DNA of 64,000 nucleotides from Candidatus Hydrogenedentota bacterium (GTDB lineage Bacteria; Hydrogenedentota; Hydrogenedentia; Hydrogenedentales; JAEUWI01): NCBI GenBank assembly GCA_034669905.1, contig JAXMOL010000005.1, positions 11,709 to 75,708 of the forward strand, read 5' to 3'. Shown piece by piece: positions 37,251 to 46,898 of this stretch (position 1 is its first letter; each line of letters starts with the position of its first letter). The notes under the pieces were generated by a model. It saw only the letters and a program-made list of their open reading frames with translations, ran no database searches and was not told where the DNA came from. The position numbers and the translations under genes were made by a program.

Positions 37251-39764
37251 CTACTGGGCACCCCGGTTCCGAATCGTCACTAAGGTCAATAGGGTCAGCC
37301 CGAACAGGAAGAGCTCTTCCAGGGACACGCCAAGGGATTTTGCGCTCAGCGAACACCCTGGCAGGGGTTCAGCGACCTGGGCTTCCAGTTCCGCTTGCGT
37401 GAGAAAGCCATCGCTGTCTTGGTCGAGGGCGTCAAACTGGGTCGCCGTAATCCCAGACAGGGTGGCCATGGCTTCCACCAACGAGAGCCGCCCATCGCTA
37501 TCCACGTCCGCACTGGCGAAGCCACCCAGCAGGGTCTCGGCGGCGACTTCCAAGGTTACTTCACCTTCACCTTCACCTTCACCTTCACCTTCACCTTCAC
37601 CTTCACCTTCACCTTCACCTTCTCCTTCTCCTTCTCCTTCTCCTTCTCCTTCTCCTTCTCCTTCTCCTTCTCCTTCGCCTTCACCTTCACCTTCACCTTC
37701 ACCTTCGCCTTCACCTTCACCTTCACCCTCGCCACCCGGCATAGAGGAGATGCTTACCCGGTACACATCGCCGTCGATGGTGGAGCCCGGTGTAAAATCG
37801 GCGACGCGCAGGTAAACTTCATTGGTCACAGCATTGTGTATGGCAGAATAGTAGACACCACTTGCCTCGACGGGCTGAAGGGCAATCAGGAACTCAAACT
37901 CTTCGTCCAGAAAAAGCGTGTTCCGGCTGAGGTATCCGCCATCGTAGACGTGCGCCGCGCCACTGCCCGGGTTGACGAAATAGTACTGATCCGTTACTGC
38001 CGCGACTCCGCCCGCGAGGAAGGGCTCGTCCGCGGTATGGAGGGTGCCGGCCGTTTCCCAGGCCAGGGTACGATTCTCATTGAAGGCCTCGAGCACATCT
38101 TCGCTTCTAAATGACCGGAGTTCACCCGTGTTGGCATCCATAGACAAAATGCGTTGGGAACCCAGCCCGACCTCAGACACGAACAGGTTGGCCGAATAAC
38201 TACCAGCCGGTTTCTGCACGACTTGGGCTTTTTCGTCCAAGGCATATTTCGCTGATTTACTGACCACCGGGCGGCCGAGGGACTTCGTGGCATTCAGATC
38301 GAGCATATGAAGTTCACTGGCTTCGCCAAAGCTGCCCACGTCGAGCAATAGAATGGCTCCCCCCATATAGGCCCCGGTAAAGTGACTGATGTTGGCAATC
38401 AAGGTCTCTTCGGTGTAGTCCGCAAAATTGTCCGTATCAATTTCATAGAGATTCCCACCAAACCCGGCGCCAAGCATGGCGTGCTTGTTATCAGGGGACA
38501 TGGCAATAAAGGCGGGATCACCAATATAGCCGGTGGCCACCATCTCAAAGCTTCCTTTTTGATCCTGAATTTCGCGGTAAATGCTCTCACCGTCCCATAC
38601 CAGCAACTGTCCGCCGGGCAGCGCCGTGCCCACCACACCGAAGGCGTTTTCTGCCGCAGCCGGGAATCCCGTGATCGGGGTGTATTCCGCGGAGTAAATG
38701 AGCGTTTCTCCTTCGCCTTCGCCTTCTCCCTCACCTTCTCCCTCTGCGCCGGACTCCTGAACCACGCGGTACACGTCCCCATTGATAGCGGAGCCCGCCG
38801 CGAAGTCGCCCACGCGAATATTGGTCGTATCGGTCGTCTCGTTGTAGATGACGGTGTAGTAGAGTCCCGTACCGCTCGCCGGTTGCAAGGTTTCTACCAG
38901 GGGCAGGGAGTCGACCCCGTCCCGGCGATTGGTGGTCCGGAGCTTGGAGTTGCTGTAATCGAATACCTTCACGGCGTCCGAACCCGGGTTAAGAAATTGG
39001 AGATCGGCATTCACACCGGCGATTCCACCGGTCAGCAGGGACTCATCGGTCATCACTTCTGCCGCCGATTCCCACGCGAGGGGCGTCGACGTCTCGTAGG
39101 CATTCAGGAGGGCCTCCAGCTCGATGGCCCGGAGCTCGCCCGTGTTTCCGTCCATGGCAAAGAGGAATTCCGGCGAATCAAAAAGGAGCGACAGCGTGGA
39201 AGAATAACTACCGGCGGGCTTTTCAAGCACCGTCACTTTCGCAGCGGGAGCCGGCTTCTTCAAAACGGTCACCGGAAGAGACTTCGTTTGCGCCAGGTCG
39301 AATATCACCAGTTCGCTGGGTTCACCGAAGACACCGGCGTCCAGGAGGACGAGGTCGTTATTCAGGTAGAGCCCATCAAAGTGGCTCATGGTGGCCACCA
39401 GGGCAGAGGCCTCATAGTCTGCCGGGGTGTGAATATCGAAGAGATAGAGATTGCCGCTGAATCCTGCGCCCAACAAGGCAAAGCGACCGCCGGGAGCAAT
39501 GGCCATGAAGGCGGGATCGCCCACATAACCGGTAGCAATCGCGGTAAAACTATCTTCGTCTACACCCGACTGAAGGTAAAGGGTGTTGCCGTTCCAGACG
39601 AGCAGGCGCCCATCGGGCAGCCCTTCGCCCACCACGCCGAAGGCATTGGAGTCGGCCTGGGGAAAGTTCTCATACTTCAGGAACTCCGCGGCCGATAAGG
39701 TGGCGCAAAGGACCAGGAAAAGTCCGGTAACGATGCAACGCGTGCGCAGAAATGGGTACAGCAT
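37251..39764 (-). CDS. Secreted (GE)n-repeat protein, paralog B, with the same architecture as 34682..37195.
   Basis: ATG 39764 gives signal peptide 'MLYPFLRTRCIVTGLFLVLCATLSAAEF'. Same duplicated modules ('VWNGNTLYLQSGVDEDSFTAIATGYVGDPAFMAIAPGG'), 'GEGEGEGEGEGE' and a 46-residue (GE)n tract. 'DVDSDGRLSLVEA' plus 'DQDSDGFLTQAELEA'. C-terminus 'LPGCSLSAKS...LFLFGLTLLTLVTIRNRGAQ'. Confidence 0.7.
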   Translation of the reverse strand: MLYPFLRTRCIVTGLFLVLCATLSAAEFLKYENFPQADSNAFGVVGEGLPDGRLLVWNGNTLYLQSGVDEDSFTAIATGYVGDPAFMAIAPGGRFALLGAGFSGNLYLFDIHTPADYEASALVATMSHFDGLYLNNDLVLLDAGVFGEPSELVIFDLAQTKSLPVTVLKKPAPAAKVTVLEKPAGSYSSTLSLLFDSPEFLFAMDGNTGELRAIELEALLNAYETSTPLAWESAAEVMTDESLLTGGIAGVNADLQFLNPGSDAVKVFDYSNSKLRTTNRRDGVDSLPLVETLQPASGTGLYYTVIYNETTDTTNIRVGDFAAGSAINGDVYRVVQESGAEGEGEGEGEGEGETLIYSAEYTPITGFPAAAENAFGVVGTALPGGQLLVWDGESIYREIQDQKGSFEMVATGYIGDPAFIAMSPDNKHAMLGAGFGGNLYEIDTDNFADYTEETLIANISHFTGAYMGGAILLLDVGSFGEASELHMLDLNATKSLGRPVVSKSAKYALDEKAQVVQKPAGSYSANLFVSEVGLGSQRILSMDANTGELRSFRSEDVLEAFNENRTLAWETAGTLHTADEPFLAGGVAAVTDQYYFVNPGSGAAHVYDGGYLSRNTLFLDEEFEFLIALQPVEASGVYYSAIHNAVTNEVYLRVADFTPGSTIDGDVYRVSISSMPGGEGEGEGEGEGEGEGEGEGEGEGEGEGEGEGEGEGEGEGEGEGEGEGEGEGEGEGEGEVTLEVAAETLLGGFASADVDSDGRLSLVEAMATLSGITATQFDALDQDSDGFLTQAELEAQVAEPLPGCSLSAKSLGVSLEELFLFGLTLLTLVTIRNRGAQ
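37559..37730. repeat. Hexanucleotide microsatellite (TTCNCC)n, about 29 units, encoding the (GE)n tract of paralog B. Similar tracts occur at 35003..35116, 36073..36170 and 38706..38748.
   Basis: Near-perfect 'ttcaccttcaccttcacc...ttctccttctcc...' read directly. All tract lengths are multiples of 6, so they stay in frame. Confidence 0.9.
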
Positions 39765-40266
39765 AATTCTCAACTCCGTTCGTACTATCTTCGAACATCG
39801 TCCAGCCCGATAGCTCTCGAGCCTTGGATTCCCCGGGGATAACACCGATCGATTGGGTACATCACACCTGTACCCGTGGTGTGGGAGTGTAAAAAGGAGC
39901 AGGTTGCTCTAGGGTGCCGCCTGTCCCGCAACGATTTTCCCGCGAATCATTGCAAAACATGCCTTGCAGGACAGATATTCTGGCTTCCGGATCGGCCTAC
40001 TGACCGCGCCTTCCCTTCCCTGGGGGAAAGTGGCTCTTGCGGTGTTCGTCCCCGGTTACAGCAGCGCGACTGCGACGGATTTGCACCGTCTTCCCTGTAT
40101 CTGCGAGGTAAAACCAGCCCAAGCTGGTGTGTTCCGAGAAGTATACCTAGGCCCTTTCCGGTGAATCAACCGACGATCGGGCAGGAAACCCGGGGATTAC
40201 ACGACCGGTCTAATAGACTTCATCGACCGATCCGAAGGCCATTTACCCAAGAAGGAACCCCTACCC

Positions 40267-41223
40267 ATGCGAACTCTTGCCATCGCCGCCCTGCTGGCGG
40301 CGGGACTTTCCCCCAACGCTGCGCTGGCCGAGCCGACCTTTGGCGAGCGCCTGGGGTGGAAGGCCGACGACCGAATTCTCATCCTCCACAACGATGACGT
40401 CGGCATGTCGCACGAAAGCAATCTCGGCACGATCGAAGGCTTCGAAGGCGGCCTCATGAACTCGAGTAGTACGATGATGCCCTGCTCCTGGGTCTTGGAA
40501 TGGCGCGACTACCTGTTGGAACACCCCGAGATCGACAACGGACTTCACCTGACCCTTACGTCGGAGTGGAAACACTACCGATGGCGCCCGGTGGCGGGCG
40601 CGTCGGTCGTCCCCGGTCTGGTAGATGAAGAAGGCTACATGCACCGCCGCGTGATGCAGACCATCACGAACGCCACGGCGGACGAAGTGGAGACCGAGAT
40701 TCGCGCCCAGATCGCCCTTGCGGAAAAGATGGGCCTGCCCATCACCCACCTGGATTCCCACATGGGCACGTTGTTTTATTCCAAGCCCTTCTTCGAACGC
40801 TACATCAAGGTGGGCATCGAAAAGCAGATTCCCATCATGCTGCCCAGCGGACGGGGCGAGGCCAAGACCGACGCCGAAAAAATGTTGCAGCCCCAGATCC
40901 GGGCGGCCGCCAAAGCGGTGTGGGATGGCGGTCTTCCGGTACTCGACTATCTTTTTACTTCCACCGCCGACACAGGTGATGCAAAAGAGATGACCGAGGC
41001 ACTGAAACAGCGAATTCGCGAGTTGGAACCGGGCATCACCCAGATTATCCTTCACGGAACGCGCCCCGGCTGTAACTTTCATGCCATCTCTGGCTCGGGG
41101 AAAAAGCGGAATGCCGAACTGGAAATGGTACTGAGCGAGGAAGTGAAGCAGCTTATTAAAGACGAAGGCATCATCATGACCACCTACCGCGAGCTCATGG
41201 AACGGCGTCAAGCGGTTAAGTAG
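40267..41223 (+). CDS. Secreted YdjC/ChbG-family carbohydrate deacetylase-like protein.
   Basis: Signal peptide 'MRTLAIAALLAAGLSPNAALA'. 'LILHNDDVGMSHESNLGTIEGFEGGLMNSSSTMMPC' matches the YdjC N-terminal 'ADDFG..xxxN.gI' region. 'NGLHLTLTSEW' matches the 'G.HLnLt' motif. Confidence 0.6.
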   Translation: MRTLAIAALLAAGLSPNAALAEPTFGERLGWKADDRILILHNDDVGMSHESNLGTIEGFEGGLMNSSSTMMPCSWVLEWRDYLLEHPEIDNGLHLTLTSEWKHYRWRPVAGASVVPGLVDEEGYMHRRVMQTITNATADEVETEIRAQIALAEKMGLPITHLDSHMGTLFYSKPFFERYIKVGIEKQIPIMLPSGRGEAKTDAEKMLQPQIRAAAKAVWDGGLPVLDYLFTSTADTGDAKEMTEALKQRIRELEPGITQIILHGTRPGCNFHAISGSGKKRNAELEMVLSEEVKQLIKDEGIIMTTYRELMERRQAVK

Positions 41224-41310
41224 GCCCCACACCAACATCACAGCATCAGGAACGCCCCATAAGCCTGACACGGCCTATGGGGCGTTTGTTTTTCTGATGA
41301 TATAGGTGAT

Positions 41311-44178
41311 CTATTGCGCCCCGTCTGCGGAGGCCTCGGTAATCAAGACCGGCGTGCCGATGGGCAGCTCCTCGAAAACTTTGATGACGTCATCATTAAG
41401 CAGACGAACGCACCCGTGAGAAGACGGCGTGCCAATTTTCTCTTCACCGTTGGTGCCGTGGATATAGATGCACCGTTGCTTCGAGTCCACCAGGGTCCCA
41501 TCGGGACGGGTGCCTTTGTTCACTCCCGGCTCCATACCATCCAGCCAGAGGACCCGGGTGAGCACCAGATCCTCCACCACGTCATCGCCGGGCTTCCAGA
41601 TCTCCTTCGTCGCGCGACGGGCTCGAAACACCTGGCCCCAGGGGGCATCGGCACCAAACTTCTCATCCACTTTGTGCCAACCCAAGGGGGTCTGAAGGCT
41701 GCCAGAGACGGAACCCGTGCCCGCGCTCGCCGTGGCGCAGGGAAGGGTCTTACGGATCTTTCCACCTTCGATCACGTGAAAGGTTTGTTTATCCACATCA
41801 ATCCAGACTCCGAGCGCCTGGCCCACCTTCTCCGCCCAACCGTATCGATTGAGTGCGCTTAACGCTTCGTCCCCCATGTCGGGTCCTCCTTGATTACTCT
41901 CTGGGCCAATTGACGCGGCGTTGCTGGTGGCTTTTACCCCATCGGCCACCTCGATAATTACCGTCACCCCCTCGGGCACCTCCAGGTGATATCCTGACGC
42001 GGGATCAAAGCGGGCCGTCATGCTGCCCTGCGGGTGGGGCACGGTGAGCGTCATGGCGGGCAACCCGTCAATCTGCGGCGGGGCGAAGCGAACGGATGTC
42101 CAACCCGGCGCGGCCGGTGACAGGCCCAGGACGTGCTCTGCGAGGATATAAATGGGGCTGCTGCTCCAGGGGTGGCACCAACTGGTATTCCACTTCTGAT
42201 CTGGCCCCCAGACTTCCATGCAGGTCGTGGCGCCGGCGCGCAGCATTTCTTTCCAGCCATACTCCGTGTCGTTCGTCAACAGGGCAAAACCCAGTTCGGG
42301 ATTGCCCGCGCGAAAGCAGGCTTCGATTACATAGGACGCGATGTACACGCCGCATTGCAGGCCCTTCTCTTCGATGAGGGCGAGCATTTTCTGGGGGTCT
42401 GCCCCTGCCGTCAGGCCAAAGGCCAGGGGGATGGCGTTGGCATGGAGTGAACTGTGAGTCGAGCCCGGCGCATCCACATAGAGTCCCGTCTTCGGATCCG
42501 CCAGTTGCGCGGCGAACGCGGCAGACACCTGTTCGGCTTTCGCCGTATAGGCCGCACCATCCCGGCCTAGCACCTCTTCCAAACGGGCGGCGGCGCGCAG
42601 GGCTCCGTAATAAAAGCCGTTCAGGACCGTATTGGCCTTATCTTTTGAGAAGTCATAGTCGTAGCCATCACGGAGATTCTCCGGCCAATCGACCAAGAGC
42701 CACTTTTCCGGTTTATCGAGCCCCTCTACCAGACCGGCTTCATTGGCAAAACTTCCATAGTAGGTGAAGAGTCCGGGAAACACATGATCGACCATGGCTT
42801 CCAGGAAATCCCGATCTCCGGTACGCTCATAATACGCCTCCAGCAAAAACGGGTATTGCAGGGGGTATTCGGCAATTTCCTGCATGAAATGGCCCGGGGC
42901 CACCGCCATCATACCGGGATGTATCTGGCAGGAAAGGTAAAAATCATAGAGTGCTTTTCGGGTAAGGGTAGCGTCGTTGGTAAGCCACAGGTGGGAGCGC
43001 CCCGTAATGACCGCGTCACCGAGATACTGCCCTTTCTCGCGGGTCGGGCAATCCAGGAAGCCCCCTTGAGAGCCCATCTGAACTCCCCGCTTGCAGATCT
43101 CAAAAATCTGGGCGAGCTGCGCGTCATCCGAGGTAAAGCGGCTCGCGGCATCGTCAAAGGGATGGTGTCTGACGTCCACCCAGACTTCGGGTTCTACGGG
43201 CGCGTCCAGAATTTCCAAATAGCGGAAGGCACGATAGTCATAAAAAGGGATGATATCCTCGTTGCCCGAAAGGACCGGCTTCTCTTCGTAGGTCATGCTG
43301 GCGCGAATCTTATAGCGGACTCGACCATCCGACTCCAGTTCCTCCCCGTGGCGCACCGTAATGGTGTCCCCCGCCTTCCCCTTAATGCGAATGCGCGTAT
43401 GACCTGCAATCTCGGTTCCGAAATCATAGAACCAGACACCGTTTCCCAACTGCTTTTTCGTGACAGGCTCTTTTCGGTACCGCGCGAGGGGGGGCGTAGC
43501 CTGCTGCACAAAGACGTGGTCCTGACGCCCCGTATCGGGCTTCCGCCAGGCGCCGTCATCGAAGCCCACCATGTCCCACCCGACGGGAAGCAGCCGCATG
43601 TCAATGTTTTCGAGAAACTGGGTCTGGTACCCAATCGTTTCTTCCCCTGGAAATGCCTCGAGGGGGAAAACGCGCCACTGCTCGTTTGAGCGAAATGTCT
43701 CGGACGTGCCATCGGCATAGGTCACCTCCAGGCGAAGTATCATCCCGGAGCGATTGTCCCCGCTTCCCCAAACGCGGTTGCGAAGCCCCTGGTAAAAGAC
43801 GTGCGCCGCGAGGCAGTTGGGCCCTTTCTCCAGGTAGTCCGCAATGTCCAGCCAGTAATAGGGATAGGAAAAGTAGTATCCCCCTTCCGGTCCCTGGACG
43901 ACGGGAAACCCGTTAATCCGCAGCTTATAGTAGTCGTCGCCTGTAATGTAGAGGTGTGCAGCCGTTGGCGCATCCTTCAGCACGATCTCGGAGCGCATCA
44001 GGGTGTGGATGTTCTTCGGACCTTCCACTTCCGGCGGCTTGACCTGCTCCCGAAGCAAGAAATCAACCGTGGGAAGTCCGGCCATTCGCGGGTCACGAAG
44101 CCACGTGGCATCGCCAAAGACATCGGCCCAGAGGGGGGCCGCAATCAACAAAACAACTATCAGCACGTAACGGACCAT
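41311..44178 (-). CDS. Secreted GH78-like alpha-L-rhamnosidase domain fused to a C-terminal L,D-transpeptidase (YkuD) domain.
   Basis: ATG 44178 gives 'MVRYVLIVVLLIAAPLWADVFGDATWL', parallel to the paralog N-terminus. GH78-like 'GGFLDCPTREKGQYLGDAVITGRS' and 'CGVYIASYVIEACFRAG'. C-terminal 'WHKVDEKFGADAPWGQVFRARR...YIHGTNGEEKIGTPSSHGCVRLLNDDVIKVFEELPIGTPVLI' is the YkuD catalytic His...Cys motif. Confidence 0.7.
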   Translation of the reverse strand: MVRYVLIVVLLIAAPLWADVFGDATWLRDPRMAGLPTVDFLLREQVKPPEVEGPKNIHTLMRSEIVLKDAPTAAHLYITGDDYYKLRINGFPVVQGPEGGYYFSYPYYWLDIADYLEKGPNCLAAHVFYQGLRNRVWGSGDNRSGMILRLEVTYADGTSETFRSNEQWRVFPLEAFPGEETIGYQTQFLENIDMRLLPVGWDMVGFDDGAWRKPDTGRQDHVFVQQATPPLARYRKEPVTKKQLGNGVWFYDFGTEIAGHTRIRIKGKAGDTITVRHGEELESDGRVRYKIRASMTYEEKPVLSGNEDIIPFYDYRAFRYLEILDAPVEPEVWVDVRHHPFDDAASRFTSDDAQLAQIFEICKRGVQMGSQGGFLDCPTREKGQYLGDAVITGRSHLWLTNDATLTRKALYDFYLSCQIHPGMMAVAPGHFMQEIAEYPLQYPFLLEAYYERTGDRDFLEAMVDHVFPGLFTYYGSFANEAGLVEGLDKPEKWLLVDWPENLRDGYDYDFSKDKANTVLNGFYYGALRAAARLEEVLGRDGAAYTAKAEQVSAAFAAQLADPKTGLYVDAPGSTHSSLHANAIPLAFGLTAGADPQKMLALIEEKGLQCGVYIASYVIEACFRAGNPELGFALLTNDTEYGWKEMLRAGATTCMEVWGPDQKWNTSWCHPWSSSPIYILAEHVLGLSPAAPGWTSVRFAPPQIDGLPAMTLTVPHPQGSMTARFDPASGYHLEVPEGVTVIIEVADGVKATSNAASIGPESNQGGPDMGDEALSALNRYGWAEKVGQALGVWIDVDKQTFHVIEGGKIRKTLPCATASAGTGSVSGSLQTPLGWHKVDEKFGADAPWGQVFRARRATKEIWKPGDDVVEDLVLTRVLWLDGMEPGVNKGTRPDGTLVDSKQRCIYIHGTNGEEKIGTPSSHGCVRLLNDDVIKVFEELPIGTPVLITEASADGAQ

Positions 44179-44439
44179 GGTAATGTAAGCTCCTGAAAAG
44201 ATTGAGTTGTAGTGTAGCAATCCCAGACGGGCCTTTCCCACCTGCTGCGCGCGCTACCCGCCCGTTACGGCGGACCCGCTACCCTGCCCGTGCGCCGGGA
44301 GAAAAACCTGAGCCGCCAGTGCACCTCGGGCATTCCGCAAATAAAAACAAAGAAACGGCATCCCGTTGTAGAGACACCGTTTCTGAGTTTTTTCGTATCG
44401 AGTCAGACGGACCGCTACCTTGTGGTGCGAACAGCGACG

Positions 44440-46716
44440 TTAACGTATCGGCTCGCCATTGCTACGTACCGACAGGCCGTCCACGGCGACAATCGCGACG
44501 GGCACTCCTTCGGGCACGGTCAGTTGATAGCCAGTGGCCGGGTCGTAGTTTACGGTCATACGGCCAAGGGGGTGGGGCACGGTCAACGTCATCGCGGGCA
44601 AGCCTGCGATCTTCGCAGGTGCAAAGCGAACGGCTTCCCAACCCGGCGCTGCCGGCGTCAGACCCAGGACATGCTCCGCAATGAGATAGATGGGACTCGT
44701 GGCCCAGGGATGGCACCAACTCATGTTGCTCTTCTGGTCAGGACTCCACACTTCCAGGCACGTCGTGGCGCCCGCGCGAAGCATCTCGTTCCAGCTGTTC
44801 TTGTCATCATTGGTAAGCAGTGCGTAGCCCAGGTCCGGGGCGCCAGCACGGAAGCAGGCTTCAATCACATAGGACGCGATGTACACCCCACAACTCAAGC
44901 CTTTGCCCTTAATGAACGCAAGCATCCGGGCCGGATCGGCGCCCTTCGTCAGGCCGAAAGCCAGGGGAACGGCGTTGGCATGCAGAGAGCTGTGGGTCGA
45001 ACCCGGTCTATCCACATACAGGCCCGTTGCCGGATCGACGAGCAACGTTGCAAAGGCCTCGGCAACGCGGTCGGCCCGGGCCGTATAGGCACCGCTGTCC
45101 CTCCCCAGGAGGGCCTCCAGACGGGCGGCACACTGAAGTGCGCCATAGTAGAAACCGTTCAGCAAGGTATTGGGGGCGTCATTGCTGGGGTAGTCATAGC
45201 CATCACGCATATTACCCGGCCAATCGATCACCAGCCATTTCTCGGGTTTGTTCAAGCCCACCAGAAGTCCCGTTTCATTCTCATAACGGGCGTAGTAGGC
45301 AAAGAGTCCCGGAAACACATTGTCCACCATGGCTTCCAGGAAGGCACGGTCACCCGAGTGGTTGTAATAATACTCCAGCATCAAGGGATATTGGAGCGGA
45401 AACTCGGCGATTTCCTGCATAAAGTGACCTGGCGCGACCCCCATCATGCCCGGGTGAATCTTACAGGACTGATAAAACTCATAGAGTGCTTTTTTCGTCA
45501 AACTGGGGTCACCGGTGAGCCAGAGGTGAGACCGTGCCGCAATCACCGTGTCGCCCAGATACTGTCCCTTCTCCCGGGTCGGGCAGTCGACAAATCCTCC
45601 CTGAGAGCCCATCTGGATCGTATTCTTGCAGAGTGTGAAGATCTGTTCCAGGGACGTGTCGCTGGCGGTGAAGGTGCTCTCGGACGGATCAAAAGGATGA
45701 TGGCGAACCTCCACCCACAGCACGGGCTCTACCGGACTATCCAGGATTTCCATATAACGAAAAGCCCGATAGTCATAGAAGGGAATCACATCCACCTTCC
45801 CCGAAAGAACCGGCTTCTCTTCGTAGGTCATGTTTGCCCGCAACTTGTAGCGGACCCGACCATCGTCGTTGAGCTCCTCGCCATGGCGCACGGTGATTAC
45901 CTGGCCGGCCTCACCCTGCACCTGAACCCGGGTATGGCCAACGATTTCCGTACCGAAATCGTAAAACCAGGTGCCATCCTCCAGCCGTTTCGCGACCTTG
46001 GGCTGGACGGCATAGCGCTGCAACGGAGGGGTGACTTGTTCGATAAAGACATGATCCTGTCGCCCTACTGCCGGGGACACCCACGTACGCTCGTCAAATC
46101 CCACCTGCTCCCACCCCACTGGCATATGGCGCATGTCGATGTGCTCGAGGAACTGGGTGCTGTAGCCAATCGTATCTTCCCCGGGGAAGGCTTCCAGCGG
46201 CAAGACACGCCAGTTGTCATCGGTCTCGAAAATTTCGGTGGTCCCGTCCGCATAGGTCACCTCCAGCCGCAGGATGAAGCCTGACCGATTGTCGGCGCTA
46301 CCCCATACCCGGTTACGCAGGCCCTGATAATAGACGTGGCTGGCGAGGCAGTTCGTGCCGCCCTGGAGTGCCTTCGAAATCTCCAGCGCGTAGTAGGGGT
46401 AAGAAAAGTCATAGCCCCCTTCCGGTCCCTGAACAAGCGGGGTACCGTTCACACTGAGTTTATAGTAGTCATCACCCGTAACATAAAGTTGGGCAGAGGT
46501 TGGTTTTTCCCGGAGCGTGATTTCATCCCGCATCAGGGTGTGGATATTCTTGGGCCCCGATGCGGCGGGCGCCGGTTCTTTCGCACGAATCAGATAATTG
46601 ATAGTGGGCAGGTCCGCCATTCGCGGGTCCGACAGCCATTGGGCATCACCAAACACATCGGCACGAACGGAAAAAGTGACCAGGGTGGCCACAAGCAGGA
46701 TACTACGAATAATCAT
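44440..46716 (-). CDS. Secreted GH78-like alpha-L-rhamnosidase. Tandem paralog lacking the transpeptidase domain.
   Basis: Signal peptide 'MIIRSILLVATLVTFSVRADVFGDAQWL'. 'GGFVDCPTREKGQYLGDTVIAARS' and 'CGVYIASYVIEACFRAG'. Collinear similarity to 41311..44178 along the shared GH78 region. Confidence 0.7.
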   Translation of the reverse strand: MIIRSILLVATLVTFSVRADVFGDAQWLSDPRMADLPTINYLIRAKEPAPAASGPKNIHTLMRDEITLREKPTSAQLYVTGDDYYKLSVNGTPLVQGPEGGYDFSYPYYALEISKALQGGTNCLASHVYYQGLRNRVWGSADNRSGFILRLEVTYADGTTEIFETDDNWRVLPLEAFPGEDTIGYSTQFLEHIDMRHMPVGWEQVGFDERTWVSPAVGRQDHVFIEQVTPPLQRYAVQPKVAKRLEDGTWFYDFGTEIVGHTRVQVQGEAGQVITVRHGEELNDDGRVRYKLRANMTYEEKPVLSGKVDVIPFYDYRAFRYMEILDSPVEPVLWVEVRHHPFDPSESTFTASDTSLEQIFTLCKNTIQMGSQGGFVDCPTREKGQYLGDTVIAARSHLWLTGDPSLTKKALYEFYQSCKIHPGMMGVAPGHFMQEIAEFPLQYPLMLEYYYNHSGDRAFLEAMVDNVFPGLFAYYARYENETGLLVGLNKPEKWLVIDWPGNMRDGYDYPSNDAPNTLLNGFYYGALQCAARLEALLGRDSGAYTARADRVAEAFATLLVDPATGLYVDRPGSTHSSLHANAVPLAFGLTKGADPARMLAFIKGKGLSCGVYIASYVIEACFRAGAPDLGYALLTNDDKNSWNEMLRAGATTCLEVWSPDQKSNMSWCHPWATSPIYLIAEHVLGLTPAAPGWEAVRFAPAKIAGLPAMTLTVPHPLGRMTVNYDPATGYQLTVPEGVPVAIVAVDGLSVRSNGEPIR

Positions 46717-46898
46717 CGATCATCATTCCTGTAATACTTGTGCTAAATCCAATCGATAGGTCTGCACCGATGACCCCATCAGCCTTTTGCGCAGACCCGG
46801 AATCCTCCCTTGCCCGAAAACGGTTCTGGCAAGTCAACCCGATACAACCTCCTTTGGCACTCCCCGCCGTCCGCGAATTACCGCGTACACCCGGGTAT

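Noticed and set aside
37559-37730. Could the regular short repeats be a CRISPR array?
   Set aside because: The unit is 6 bp with no spacers. It is in frame inside a CDS, where it encodes (GE)n. No cas genes are present. It is a coding microsatellite, not CRISPR.
38382-39698. 438-aa plus-strand ORF, and the 239-aa and 138-aa ORFs at 37395..38114.
   Set aside because: Antisense to the (GE)n paralog. The 'FTFTFTFT' / 'SPSPSPSP' stretches are just other frames of the hexamer repeat.
44290-46284. 664-aa plus-strand ORF.
   Set aside because: Antisense to the GH78 paralog.
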